From: Candidatus Gottesmanbacteria bacterium RIFCSPLOWO2_01_FULL_42_22
GTDB lineage: Bacteria; Patescibacteriota; Microgenomatia; 2-02-FULL-39-11
DNA: 64,000 bases
Direction of reading: 5' to 3'
Assembly: GCA_001779315.1 (NCBI GenBank)
Contig: MFJU01000028.1
Location: 614 to 64,613 of the forward strand
The first letter of the stretch is position 1, and the number at the start of each line of letters is the position of its first letter. The position numbers and the translations under genes are program-made. Below the pieces are notes generated by a model, which did not search any database, was not told the DNA's origin, and saw nothing but the letters and a program-made list of their open reading frames with translations. Shown one piece after another: positions 27,040 to 35,886 of the stretch.

Positions 27040-28254
27040 ATGGTAGAAAGAATTAGAGGTATCGGTGATAATTCTCAAGAATTGGAATTTTCGACTAGAC
27101 CTATAAAGATTTTATTTTTAAATAGTAAATTTCCGGGTTTTAATTTTCAAGCCGGAGGGTCGGAAAGAGCTTTGGAAAGACTTATAAATGGCCTTGACAG
27201 CCAATATCCCCGTCACTACCAATTGTCTTTATATGTTAAGGAGAACCGTAATATGGACCAGGATGTTCCCCTGCCCAATTCTGTATCCTATTCAGGCCAA
27301 AAGAGCCGCTTAGCATTAATTTCATATATATTAACAAACCAAAATCGGCATGATCTTCTGCATGTATATACCGGGATACTTCTTCCAAGCAGAATGCTGG
27401 GAATTATTGATGCTTTTTGGCACAAACCAATCATATTAAGAATTAATAGTTATAATATGATCCGAAATTATTCTCAATGTCCTCCCCTGCCCAGAAGATT
27501 ATTACTTAGTAAAATAAATAAATTTATCGCTCTTTCCCCGGAAATTGAGGAGGGTTTGCTGCAAATGGGTATCACAAGGGACCGCATAGCACTAATTCCA
27601 AACGGAATAGACATACAAATGTTCAGCCCACCGGAAAACTCTGCTCATAAAGAAAGCCTGCGGCAAAAATTATTCCCGAATATTCAAATGAGTAACAGGA
27701 TCGCCTTTCTGTACACCGGCCGCATTGAAGAAAAAAATAAAAAATGCCTGACGATGTTAGATCTCTGGTCTGCCTCTGATCTGCCAAATCAAGGCCATAT
27801 GATGGTAATGGCCGGACCAATAAACGAAGCTGATACAAACGCGAGAAATCGTTTAGAAGACTATAAAGAGAAAGGCATGAATATCGGTACATTTTGGACC
27901 GGTGCGCTTGAGACTAACCAACTGATAGAATATTATCGCGCGTCAGACTTCCATATCCTACCCAGTCTTCAGGAAGGCTTTTCCAATGCGTTAATTGAAG
28001 CTGCCGCCTGTGGCTTACCTCTGGTAGTCCGTAATTCAGTCAGCGGTAATTCCCAAATAGTCACATCTGCTACCGGTTTTCAGTTTGACAAAGATGAGAA
28101 TATAATACCACTTTTAACATATCTAACCCACATAGATGCACGGTCCTACGGAATAAATGCTAGACTGAGAGCTGAAAAGTTTGATAACCGCAATATTGTA
28201 AATCAATATCATCAACTGTATCAGTCTCTTGAGAGAATACCACGACATAATTGA
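27040..28254 (+). CDS. glycosyltransferase family 1 (GT-B, GT4-like)
   Basis: EGFSNALIEAAACGLPLVV near the C-terminus. Inserted between nusG and rplK. Confidence 0.7.
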   Translation: MVERIRGIGDNSQELEFSTRPIKILFLNSKFPGFNFQAGGSERALERLINGLDSQYPRHYQLSLYVKENRNMDQDVPLPNSVSYSGQKSRLALISYILTNQNRHDLLHVYTGILLPSRMLGIIDAFWHKPIILRINSYNMIRNYSQCPPLPRRLLLSKINKFIALSPEIEEGLLQMGITRDRIALIPNGIDIQMFSPPENSAHKESLRQKLFPNIQMSNRIAFLYTGRIEEKNKKCLTMLDLWSASDLPNQGHMMVMAGPINEADTNARNRLEDYKEKGMNIGTFWTGALETNQLIEYYRASDFHILPSLQEGFSNALIEAAACGLPLVVRNSVSGNSQIVTSATGFQFDKDENIIPLLTYLTHIDARSYGINARLRAEKFDNRNIVNQYHQLYQSLERIPRHN

Positions 28255-28425
28255 CGACTTTTCTTCCCTAAATAATCCACTTTCCATATCCTGCTTCACG
28301 TCCTTCACATTTTCTACTTTTTATGGTAATATTTATTTTACCTGTATTTAGCAGGGAGGCGATAGCCGATGACCGCAGATCATATTCTTCTGTCAACTCA
28401 TCCCCTATTTGCCTTTATACCAAAA

Positions 28426-28851
28426 ATGCCAGCCAAAAAAGTCAAAACAATCATCAAGCTTAATTTACCGGCAGGCGAAGCGACACCGGCGCCTCCCGTC
28501 GGACCGGCTTTGGGCCAGCACGGACTCTCCATTATGGATTTTGTGCGGGTTTACAATGAAAAAACCGCCGACAAAAAGGGGCAAGTCATTCCGGCTGTCA
28601 TCACCGTCTATACCGACAGAACCTTCTCATTCATCACTAAACTGCCACCGGTTGCCGAAATGATCAAAAAAGCCCTAAACCTTGAGAAAGGCAGCCAGAA
28701 AACCGGACGTGAATTTGCCGGCACTCTTTCCCACGCCCAGGCAGAAACCATCGCCAAAGAAAAAATGGGAGATTTAAACTGCGATACAATTGAAGCGGCT
28801 GTCAAAGTAATTGAAGGCACAGCCCGCAGTATGGGAGTAAAGATTGAATAA
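28426..28851 (+). CDS. rplK: 50S ribosomal protein L11
   Basis: MPAKKVKTIIKLNLPAGEATPAPPVGPALGQHGLSIMDF. The track ORF begins at an upstream non-ATG start. Confidence 0.9.
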   Translation: MPAKKVKTIIKLNLPAGEATPAPPVGPALGQHGLSIMDFVRVYNEKTADKKGQVIPAVITVYTDRTFSFITKLPPVAEMIKKALNLEKGSQKTGREFAGTLSHAQAETIAKEKMGDLNCDTIEAAVKVIEGTARSMGVKIE

Positions 28852-28875
28852 TCCTTCGACAAGCTGAAGATAAAT

Positions 28876-29754
28876 ATGGGAAAAATCAGAGTCTCAACTT
28901 TAGGAAGCAAAGAAGAAAAAGAAAGCCGAGAAAAACGGAAAGTCCAGCGTGAGGAGAAGAAAAAGCGTGCCGGAGCCGCCGGAGAGAAAGTCCATATAGC
29001 CGGACTTAAAGGCGGGCAAAGGGTCAAATCTGTCGGTACATCGGAGGAGGAAATTGATAAAATGGTCGCTTTGGCCCGCGAAGTTGAAAAAGACCAGACA
29101 GAAGGCATAAAACCGGAAACGGAAGAAGGCAAATCCAAGAAGAAAAAAAAGGCTAAAGTCAGGTCCAAAAAATACCAGGCGGCAGTCATGAAACTGGACC
29201 ACCAAAAAAAATATCCGCTCAATGATGCCCTTGAGGTTCTCCGCCAAGTTTCCTACGGCAAATTCAACGGCTCGGTAGAAATCCATATCAACGCTATCGA
29301 AAAAGGTTTAAGAGGTACTGTCAACCTGCCGCACGGCACCGGAAAAGAGATCAGAATTGTCATAGCTGAAGCATCCAATATCGATAAACTAGTCGAGGAA
29401 ATTTCCCAGGGCAAAATCAATTTTGACGCTCTTATCGCCCACCCATCAGCTGTGCCTAAACTGGCCAAAGTGGCCAAATTTTTGGGCCCCAGGGGTTTGA
29501 TGCCGAATCCGAAAGCCGGCACTATTTCCAGCGAACCAAAGAAACAGGCAGAAAAACTGAAAAAGGGAGAGGTCGCCTGGAAAAGCGAAGCGGATTTCCC
29601 CATCATCCACCAGGTAATCGGCAAACTATCCTTTAAGAACGGGCAGCTGGAAGAAAATTACCGGGCTTTCGTCAAATCAGTCGGCATAAATAAAATCAGC
29701 AGTATTACCCTCAAGTCTACCATGAGCCCCGGGATTAAAGTCCAAATTGAATAA
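28876..29754 (+). CDS. rplA: 50S ribosomal protein L1 with an ~85-aa K/E-rich N-terminal extension
   Basis: L1 core from SKKYQAAVMKLDHQKKYPLNDALEVL onward. Confidence 0.85.
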   Translation: MGKIRVSTLGSKEEKESREKRKVQREEKKKRAGAAGEKVHIAGLKGGQRVKSVGTSEEEIDKMVALAREVEKDQTEGIKPETEEGKSKKKKKAKVRSKKYQAAVMKLDHQKKYPLNDALEVLRQVSYGKFNGSVEIHINAIEKGLRGTVNLPHGTGKEIRIVIAEASNIDKLVEEISQGKINFDALIAHPSAVPKLAKVAKFLGPRGLMPNPKAGTISSEPKKQAEKLKKGEVAWKSEADFPIIHQVIGKLSFKNGQLEENYRAFVKSVGINKISSITLKSTMSPGIKVQIE

Positions 29755-29816
29755 ACTCTGCATCGGAAAAACTTTTATCATTGACTTTTTGCTTCGGAAA
29801 CTTCTTAATTAAAGTA

Positions 29817-30584
29817 ATGCCCGTCTCCGCATCCAGCTTCGCCGAGGCAAAGTCCAAACGGTTTTGGCCGGTTATTGTCCTTGTCCTAATCCTTTTTGCC
29901 CCGACAGCTTTCGGGGTAAATGCTGTTGTGTCGGCCCAAACGGCCACACCGGTCAAATCCATCAAATTCGGCAGTTTCACTCCCCCGCCGACCAATACCA
30001 AGACTCCTCTACCCTCACCGACCGCCTATGTTTCCATCCCACCTCTGTCAACTACTCCTGAACCTGACCCCAAAAAAATCTATTTCTTTTCCCAAAGGGA
30101 TCCAAGGTGGAGGACGTATAATCCATATACTGTCGGCCAACTTGGACCGTGCGGCTGCGGAGAAACGTCAACAGCCATGATTTTAACTAGTGTCTTGGAT
30201 AATTCCAGCAATCCTGATCAGGGCTATTATAATCCGCCAAGAATGTGGGATTATTATGAAAATCTCTATCCCGGGCGCTGCGGTACCGGTATAGAATGGC
30301 ATAAAAATACTTTGGAAAGCTTTGCGTTTCGAGCTTCAATAAATGCCTATGACCGGAATAACCCACAGGGAAGCAACAATGTGATAAAAAATTACCTGAA
30401 CAACGGCTATTTAGTGATAATCTACTATAAGCGTCCGGCCACTTACGGCCACTATGTCGTTTTGTCTGATATTATCGGATCAACAATCAAAGTCTATGAT
30501 CCTTACTATTTGCCAGGTGCCTCAATGCCTGTTACCATAGAATCGATAGCGATAATCCAAAGTTTTGTGGCAGCAAAAAAATAG
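29817..30584 (+). CDS. secreted papain-like (C39-like) cysteine peptidase
   Basis: Signal peptide. QLGPCGCGETSTAMIL (Cys) and GHYVVLSD (His). Leader contains IKFGSFTPP. Confidence 0.55.
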   Translation: MPVSASSFAEAKSKRFWPVIVLVLILFAPTAFGVNAVVSAQTATPVKSIKFGSFTPPPTNTKTPLPSPTAYVSIPPLSTTPEPDPKKIYFFSQRDPRWRTYNPYTVGQLGPCGCGETSTAMILTSVLDNSSNPDQGYYNPPRMWDYYENLYPGRCGTGIEWHKNTLESFAFRASINAYDRNNPQGSNNVIKNYLNNGYLVIIYYKRPATYGHYVVLSDIIGSTIKVYDPYYLPGASMPVTIESIAIIQSFVAAKK

Positions 30585-31050
30585 ATTTATGGAAAATATA
30601 AGAATATTCATCATAAATCATAAGAAGCTGATCATTATCCTTTTGATAACGATCATTTTGATTACTATCTTTTTGGTGTCACTGTTTCTTTTTAATACTT
30701 CGTCAGCGCCACCTCCGGAAGTCAAAACCACTCCTTTTCCTTTCCAACCGAATGGTGATTTTCGTCCTTTTGACAAACTAACTAATCTTACTCCTACCAT
30801 GCCTTTTACCGGAGCAGATGATGCGGCAAACGAAAAGTATATGCAAAAGCATCCGGAACTGACCACTGAGGCGGAACTCAAAGCCAAGCTGCCAATTGAG
30901 ACGGATGATTTTACTTTGGATTATTCATACCCAGAAGATAAATTTACCGTCACTTTTAAACAACCTGGAATAGTATCTCAAAAAATATTTGAAGATTGGA
31001 TGGAATCGATGGATCTTGGTGATAAAAACCGCTTCATTTTTCTCAATTGA
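30565..31050 (+). CDS. membrane-anchored hypothetical protein
   Basis: N-terminal TM. Confidence 0.5.
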   Translation: MWQQKNRFMENIRIFIINHKKLIIILLITIILITIFLVSLFLFNTSSAPPPEVKTTPFPFQPNGDFRPFDKLTNLTPTMPFTGADDAANEKYMQKHPELTTEAELKAKLPIETDDFTLDYSYPEDKFTVTFKQPGIVSQKIFEDWMESMDLGDKNRFIFLN

Positions 31051-31082
31051 CAAAAAATCCCAAAATCCGTCAAAATAGGTTA

Positions 31083-31796
31083 ATGCCCAAAAAATTTTGG
31101 CCAGCAATGCTTCTGGTTCTTCTCTTTAATTAGGTTTTTGTCTCCCATATCAGCCTTGCCCAAACCAATGATAAAACTATTAAATTCGGCACATTCACTC
31201 CTCCAGCAACGCGTACTCCCACCAACAGACCGCCTGCTACTCCCACACTTTATGGCCAACCATCAATTACACCTCCCAATGGCAACGGTAACGGAGGAGG
31301 GTCAACTGCCAAAGTAAAGGATTTGGTTTCTGAAATCAGAAGGTATTGCCCAAACGGAATCGTGAAAGTGGAAAACGTCGATTGTGTAGACAGTATCAAT
31401 ATCAATCCCAACAGAAAACCGATGGTCGTGACTTTAATCAAACTTTCAACTCTTTATGCCTGTCCAGGATTCCTGCAATGTGTTGGATTTGTCCAGGCGG
31501 GAACGGCACTTGTCAACGGGTCGCCTCTCTCTATAGATCAACATGCTATTAATTACGCCACCAAGATTCCGGATGGCTATGCTTTCATCGAAAATTTCTC
31601 AGGTGTTAATATAAAAGTAGATGATTTACCTATCTGGGATTATGATACCTATGGGCATATTGCCTATGTTTTAAATGCCTATTCAAATCATGTCTTTCAG
31701 GTAGCTGAAGCCAATGCCCCAAAAGACGGCTATGTCGGCATAAGTTTCAAGACCACCGACAGCCCTAATTTTATCGGATTTTTGAGGAGGCAGTAA
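31083..31796 (+). pseudogene. secreted CHAP-domain amidase/peptidase with an in-frame TAG at codon 17 (31131..31133)
   Basis: CHAP motifs CPGFLQCVGFVQAG and GHIAYVL. The leader parallels the C39-like gene (KKFWP...SLAQT...IKFGTFTPP) but carries TAG inside the signal peptide. Could also be a base-call error or suppressed stop. Confidence 0.5.
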
Positions 31797-32509
31797 TGAA
31801 AAAATATTAAAAATTCATCATAATTTTTACGGTAATTTTAGGCCTGGCCGCCCTGTTTTTATTCAAAAGAAATTCTGCCATACCGAATAGAGAGAACAGG
31901 GTGACTGATAAATCCCCTAACAACCAAAATAATCAGGATGCAATTTTTGAGGAAAATCTGCCTCCTGAAATCATATCAGTCTCGCCCGAGGATAATGAGT
32001 TGAACGTCTCACTCAATTCTGTCATCACCATCACCTTTAATAGGAATTTCCGGCCGAATGAAATTGCTTTTTCCATGGCCCCGCAGACAGAAAGCAAAGT
32101 GGAAGTAACTGATAATATCCTGACTGTCACTCCCCTTAACTTGCAGGCAGGAATGAAATATACCTATATTATTAAATACGCTGTCCGTGCCAACCCCAGC
32201 CGGACGTATTCATTTACGACAGAGGGTCCCCTGCAGGAATTTCCGGACACGCGCGATGAGGAAGCGGTTAAACGGGAAAATGAATTCCAACTTGCGAATC
32301 ATCCTGATGTCTTTCTGGCCAATCAGACGCCGTATTCTTCCCCATCTTTCGAGGTAACGGCGGAATTTGACGATACGCTCTCGAATCCCCATTTTATCTT
32401 TACAGTTTTTCTCAAAACTAAGATGGGCCGGGCTGATTTCAACACTTGGGCATTCTCTTTGGGACTGACTGAAGAAAAACTAAATCAGCTGTCTATCGAT
32501 TACCGCTAA
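31796..32509 (+). pseudogene. secreted Ig-like-domain protein with an in-frame TAA at codon 5 (31808..31810)
   Basis: Strong SD GAGGAGG, then ATG at 31796 reading MKKY-TAA-KFIIIFTVILGLAALFLF (signal anchor). Body PPEIISVSPEDNELNVSLNSVITITFN is Ig-like. The track ORF starts at GTG 31901. Confidence 0.45.
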
Positions 32510-32526
32510 AATCAGATCGTTTTTCC

Positions 32527-32913
32527 TTAGACTTTTTTCTTTTTTCCTAAATTGAGGGCGGCCAAGATAATCGAAGCAAACAACAAACCCCAACCTATAA
32601 GATAAAAAATTACCGGAAGAACATCTGAAATAAGCAGGTTTAACAATCTTTGCAGCCGGAAGTGAGGAGTAATTGTGATCAGAGAATTGAGGGTCTGTTC
32701 CCTGAAGGCGGCAATGAGATGTTTATCGTATTCGAATGAAAAAAGCAGTATGGCAAAAGCTAAAAAAATCATGGTGGCAAACCTGGAGGGGCGGTAGAGT
32801 GAAAGAATTATGCCTATAATCAATCCGGTCAGATAGGCAAAAGCGATATAGTTATGGATAAATAGAAGATAGAGTGCCACAATAATATTCTGCCTCAAAT
32901 CCGCTGCCAGCAT
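32527..32913 (-). CDS. polytopic membrane protein
   Basis: 4 TM helices. Confidence 0.5.
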   Translation of the reverse strand: MLAADLRQNIIVALYLLFIHNYIAFAYLTGLIIGIILSLYRPSRFATMIFLAFAILLFSFEYDKHLIAAFREQTLNSLITITPHFRLQRLLNLLISDVLPVIFYLIGWGLLFASIILAALNLGKKKKV

Positions 32914-33034
32914 AAGACTACTATTTTAACAGTTTGGTGTGCCACTTGCCACATTTTGCTATATCTGGTAAGATTTATAAATCCTAAAGACAGCGGGTTC
33001 CCGACTTGGTCGAGGATTAAACCAAAAGCCTGCC

Positions 33035-33086
33035 GAGGGAGACAAAATACGTATTTGTATCGTCCCCTCCTTTAGAGGGGATTTTT
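33035..33086 (+). promoter_or_regulatory. rplJ leader: two alternative hairpins immediately upstream of the start codon
   Basis: GAGGGAGACAAAATAC/GTATTTGTATCGTCCCCTC and CCCCTCC-TTTAGA-GGGG then ATTTTT before ATG. Resembles an L10-leader-type attenuator. Confidence 0.4.
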
Positions 33087-33629
33087 ATGAGAAAAGCTAA
33101 ACCTAATCAAAAAAAAGAAGATACAGTCAAAGATTTAAACGGAAAATTCACCAGGGCAAAGGCTTTTTTCCTGACCGACTATAAAGGCCTGACACATAAA
33201 GAGCTCGAGGATCTCCGGCGCAGGCTGAAAAAAGTTGAGGCGGAATACGTGGTTGCCAAAAATACCCTCATTAAAATCGCGCTGGAGCAAACTGGCAAGC
33301 AAACCTCCGGACAGCTCAAGGACCACCTCAAGGAATCAACGGCTACCATGTTTGCCTATGGCGATGAGATGGCGGCTGTCAAAGCATTATCTGATTTTGC
33401 CAAAAATTTGACGCTTCCCAAAATTAAGGCTGGGCTTTTTTCCGGCAATATCGCTTCGGAAGCTGATTTTCAAAGGCTGGCAACGCTTCCCTCCCGTGAT
33501 ATCCTCTTAGCTACGCTTTTGAACGGGCTTAATGCCCCAATACAGAAATTTCACTATGCTCTTTCCTGGAATCTGGTAAAATTTGTGACTGTTTTAGATA
33601 ACATTAAAAGCAAAAAACCAAGTAATTAA
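33087..33629 (+). CDS. rplJ: 50S ribosomal protein L10
   Basis: Conserved N-terminal region (KAFFLTDYKGLTHKELEDLRRRL). Confidence 0.85.
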   Translation: MRKAKPNQKKEDTVKDLNGKFTRAKAFFLTDYKGLTHKELEDLRRRLKKVEAEYVVAKNTLIKIALEQTGKQTSGQLKDHLKESTATMFAYGDEMAAVKALSDFAKNLTLPKIKAGLFSGNIASEADFQRLATLPSRDILLATLLNGLNAPIQKFHYALSWNLVKFVTVLDNIKSKKPSN

Positions 33630-33763
33630 ATTCAAAATCCAAATAACAAATAACAAATCAAATCCAAATAACAAATAACAAATTTTTTGAGTTTTGAATT
33701 TTGAGCTTGATTTGAATTTTGAATTTTGTCATTTGAATTTCTAACGAAGGGTGGTGATAATAG

Positions 33764-34153
33764 ATGGCAAAACTAACTAAGGATGATATTTTAAAAGCAG
33801 TAGAAGATATGTCAGTCATGGAATTGGCTGATCTGGTCAAGGCTCTGGAAGAGAAATTCGGCGTTTCAGCTGCACCGACAGCTGTGGCCGCACCAACCGG
33901 AGGCGCTCCCGCCGCAGGCGGTGAAGCCGCTCCTGAACAGACTACTTTCAATGTAGTTCTGGCAAACGCCGGCGGCAATAAAATTGCTGTCATTAAGGCA
34001 GTCAGGGAATTGGTGCCGACACTCGGTCTGACAGAAGCTAAAGCATTGGTCGAATCAGCTCCCAAGGACGTTTTAACCGGCGTCAACAAGAAAACAGCTG
34101 AAGAAGCCAAAACCAAACTGACAACCGCAGGTGCTACAGTCGAACTAAAATAA
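33764..34153 (+). CDS. rplL: 50S ribosomal protein L7/L12
   Basis: [34 protein letters not shown]...ATVELK. Confidence 0.9.
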   Translation: MAKLTKDDILKAVEDMSVMELADLVKALEEKFGVSAAPTAVAAPTGGAPAAGGEAAPEQTTFNVVLANAGGNKIAVIKAVRELVPTLGLTEAKALVESAPKDVLTGVNKKTAEEAKTKLTTAGATVELK

Positions 34154-34168
34154 GATAATTGTAATTTT

Positions 34169-34210
34169 CCCCGGATCGTCAAATATACGACGATCCGGGA
34201 TCGTCAGAAA
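34169..34210. repeat. 40-bp palindromic repeat, copy 2
   Basis: CCCCGGATCGTC-AAATATAC-GACGATCCGGG-ATCGTCAGAAA, 16 bp after the rplL stop. Confidence 0.8.
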
Positions 34211-34453
34211 ATCCCCCGATAATGTTAATGTCTGGGGATATTTGTGGTAAATTTACCCTTTCGCTCAATTTTCGTCACCTACTTATTTTTACCTTCAATC
34301 TATAAAATAATATATCAAACTAAATGCTCTCTTTTGATCTTTATTGACAACAATAAAGTCTATGTGTTACATTTAGTATCTAATTGACCCTGTCAACTGC
34401 CCTCCGAGTTGGAGGGTCTGCCTCTTTATAAAGATTATTAGGAGAATCAACTT

Positions 34454-34654
34454 ATGGCATTCGGCGATGATTGGCCGGAACTTCTAACTGTACGCGAGGT
34501 CGCGAAAATATTAAGAGTTTCCCCCCTGACCATCAAAAGATGGGGCAAACGCGGCAAACTGCCGGCCATCCGCATCAATTCCCGGGGAGACCGCCGCTAC
34601 AAAAAGGAAGCTGTCCTCTGGCTCCTGGGTATGCAGCAAAAAGGCCAGGTTTAA
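34454..34654 (+). CDS. excisionase/MerR-type HTH DNA-binding protein
   Basis: LLTVREVAKILRVSPLTIKRWGKRGKLPAIRI matches the excisionase-family HTH. Confidence 0.6.
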   Translation: MAFGDDWPELLTVREVAKILRVSPLTIKRWGKRGKLPAIRINSRGDRRYKKEAVLWLLGMQQKGQV

Positions 34655-34924
34655 TCATATTGCATCAATGGCAATAAAGCCGACCTGCCCCGTTAAAGGT
34701 TCTTCACCGGCGACTCTATTTTGTAAAAATCTTAACCCGATAATCTTGGATTTTTCTTCCTGAGAGAGGACTCTTTTCTGATAATCTATACCCATACCAC
34801 TTAATAATTTCCCTATCAATGAAATTTTATATGATTGATGCTCCAAAAAACCTACGACCGGAGAAGTTTCGAGATCATAAACATCTTCCATGGATTTAAA
34901 GAGAGCTATAATTGGCAGGATCAA
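34655..34924 (-). CDS. hypothetical protein
   Basis: ORF only. Confidence 0.35.
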   Translation of the reverse strand: MILPIIALFKSMEDVYDLETSPVVGFLEHQSYKISLIGKLLSGMGIDYQKRVLSQEEKSKIIGLRFLQNRVAGEEPLTGQVGFIAIDAI

Positions 34925-35781
34925 ATACTTATGGCTTTCAGCTCTTCGGCGGCAATAGTCGGGTCAATCACATTGACGGAAAGGCCTGTACCCAGCTCAA
35001 AACCGGCTCTGTGAACAAGTCTGGGGATAATCCTCAAAAACCAGTTTTTAGCATGATGGATATAAAAATTATAGGAAAAGGGCATCTGTGTGTGGCTTTT
35101 GGAGATTGTCTGGTCGTGATATTTGACCTTCAACTTTTTTAAGGCATTCTGCAGAATGACGGACAGGTCTTTCAGTTCCTCATCAGCTGTATCCCCATAA
35201 ACTGTACCTTCTTTTTTGGGAGCAATCCAAACCTCATAAGGCCACTGGGAAAAATCAGGACAATAGGTGACAAAAAAATTATTATCCTCAACCACATTCA
35301 TGATCGGCTCGCGAACCAGGGCATCCAGATTGATCTGCCGAGGAATTAGGACCAGCTGGGAATGGGGATGGGCCAGGGACGCTCCGGCCAGAGAGCCGTG
35401 ATTGGCAAAAAGCATGACCTGGCCGCTGCCGGCGTGGATCTGAAACCGCTGGCGGTAAACCGTCAAAAGCTGATTGACCTGATTGAGGTCAAACTCGGCA
35501 ATATCCTTGTTATGGTCAGGGCTGTGGATAATGACTTCGTGAGTATCGGTAATGGGAAATTTATTGGGGATAACCCTGATTTTCCAGCCCGGCTTGTCTT
35601 TCTCCCCCTCCCCGATTCTCATGATCTCCGGAGGCGTCATTGCCTCGTTCCCGCTGCAAAAAACGCAAACTGAAGGCTTCTCCTCCTCTTTCTTTAACCC
35701 ATGCTCGTCAGGACGGGATGTCCTGGTTTGGGAAATGACAATCCAGCGCTGGGTTTTAACATCAGGGACAAATTTGGCCAT
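34921..35781 (-). CDS. galT: galactose-1-phosphate uridylyltransferase-like HIT-family protein
   Basis: CVFCSGNE zinc motif and AHPHSQL (GalT His-Pro-His active site). Confidence 0.6.
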   Translation of the reverse strand: MAKFVPDVKTQRWIVISQTRTSRPDEHGLKKEEEKPSVCVFCSGNEAMTPPEIMRIGEGEKDKPGWKIRVIPNKFPITDTHEVIIHSPDHNKDIAEFDLNQVNQLLTVYRQRFQIHAGSGQVMLFANHGSLAGASLAHPHSQLVLIPRQINLDALVREPIMNVVEDNNFFVTYCPDFSQWPYEVWIAPKKEGTVYGDTADEELKDLSVILQNALKKLKVKYHDQTISKSHTQMPFSYNFYIHHAKNWFLRIIPRLVHRAGFELGTGLSVNVIDPTIAAEELKAISI

Positions 35782-35886
35782 AAATTAACTGATTAAAGTA
35801 TTACGCATTGGGGATTAAGTATCAAGTATTGAAAGCAAAAAATCAGGCCAATACTACCCAATTTCATCATTCAGCGATTTATGTTA

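Noticed and set aside
28608-29624. Minus-strand ORFs antisense to rplK/rplA
   Set aside because: They overlap highly conserved ribosomal protein genes and have low-complexity translations.
31083-31901. Initial suspicion of frameshifts in the CHAP and Ig-like genes
   Set aside because: On re-indexing, both upstream ATGs are in the same frame as the downstream ORFs. The interruptions are in-frame TAG and TAA codons, not frameshifts.
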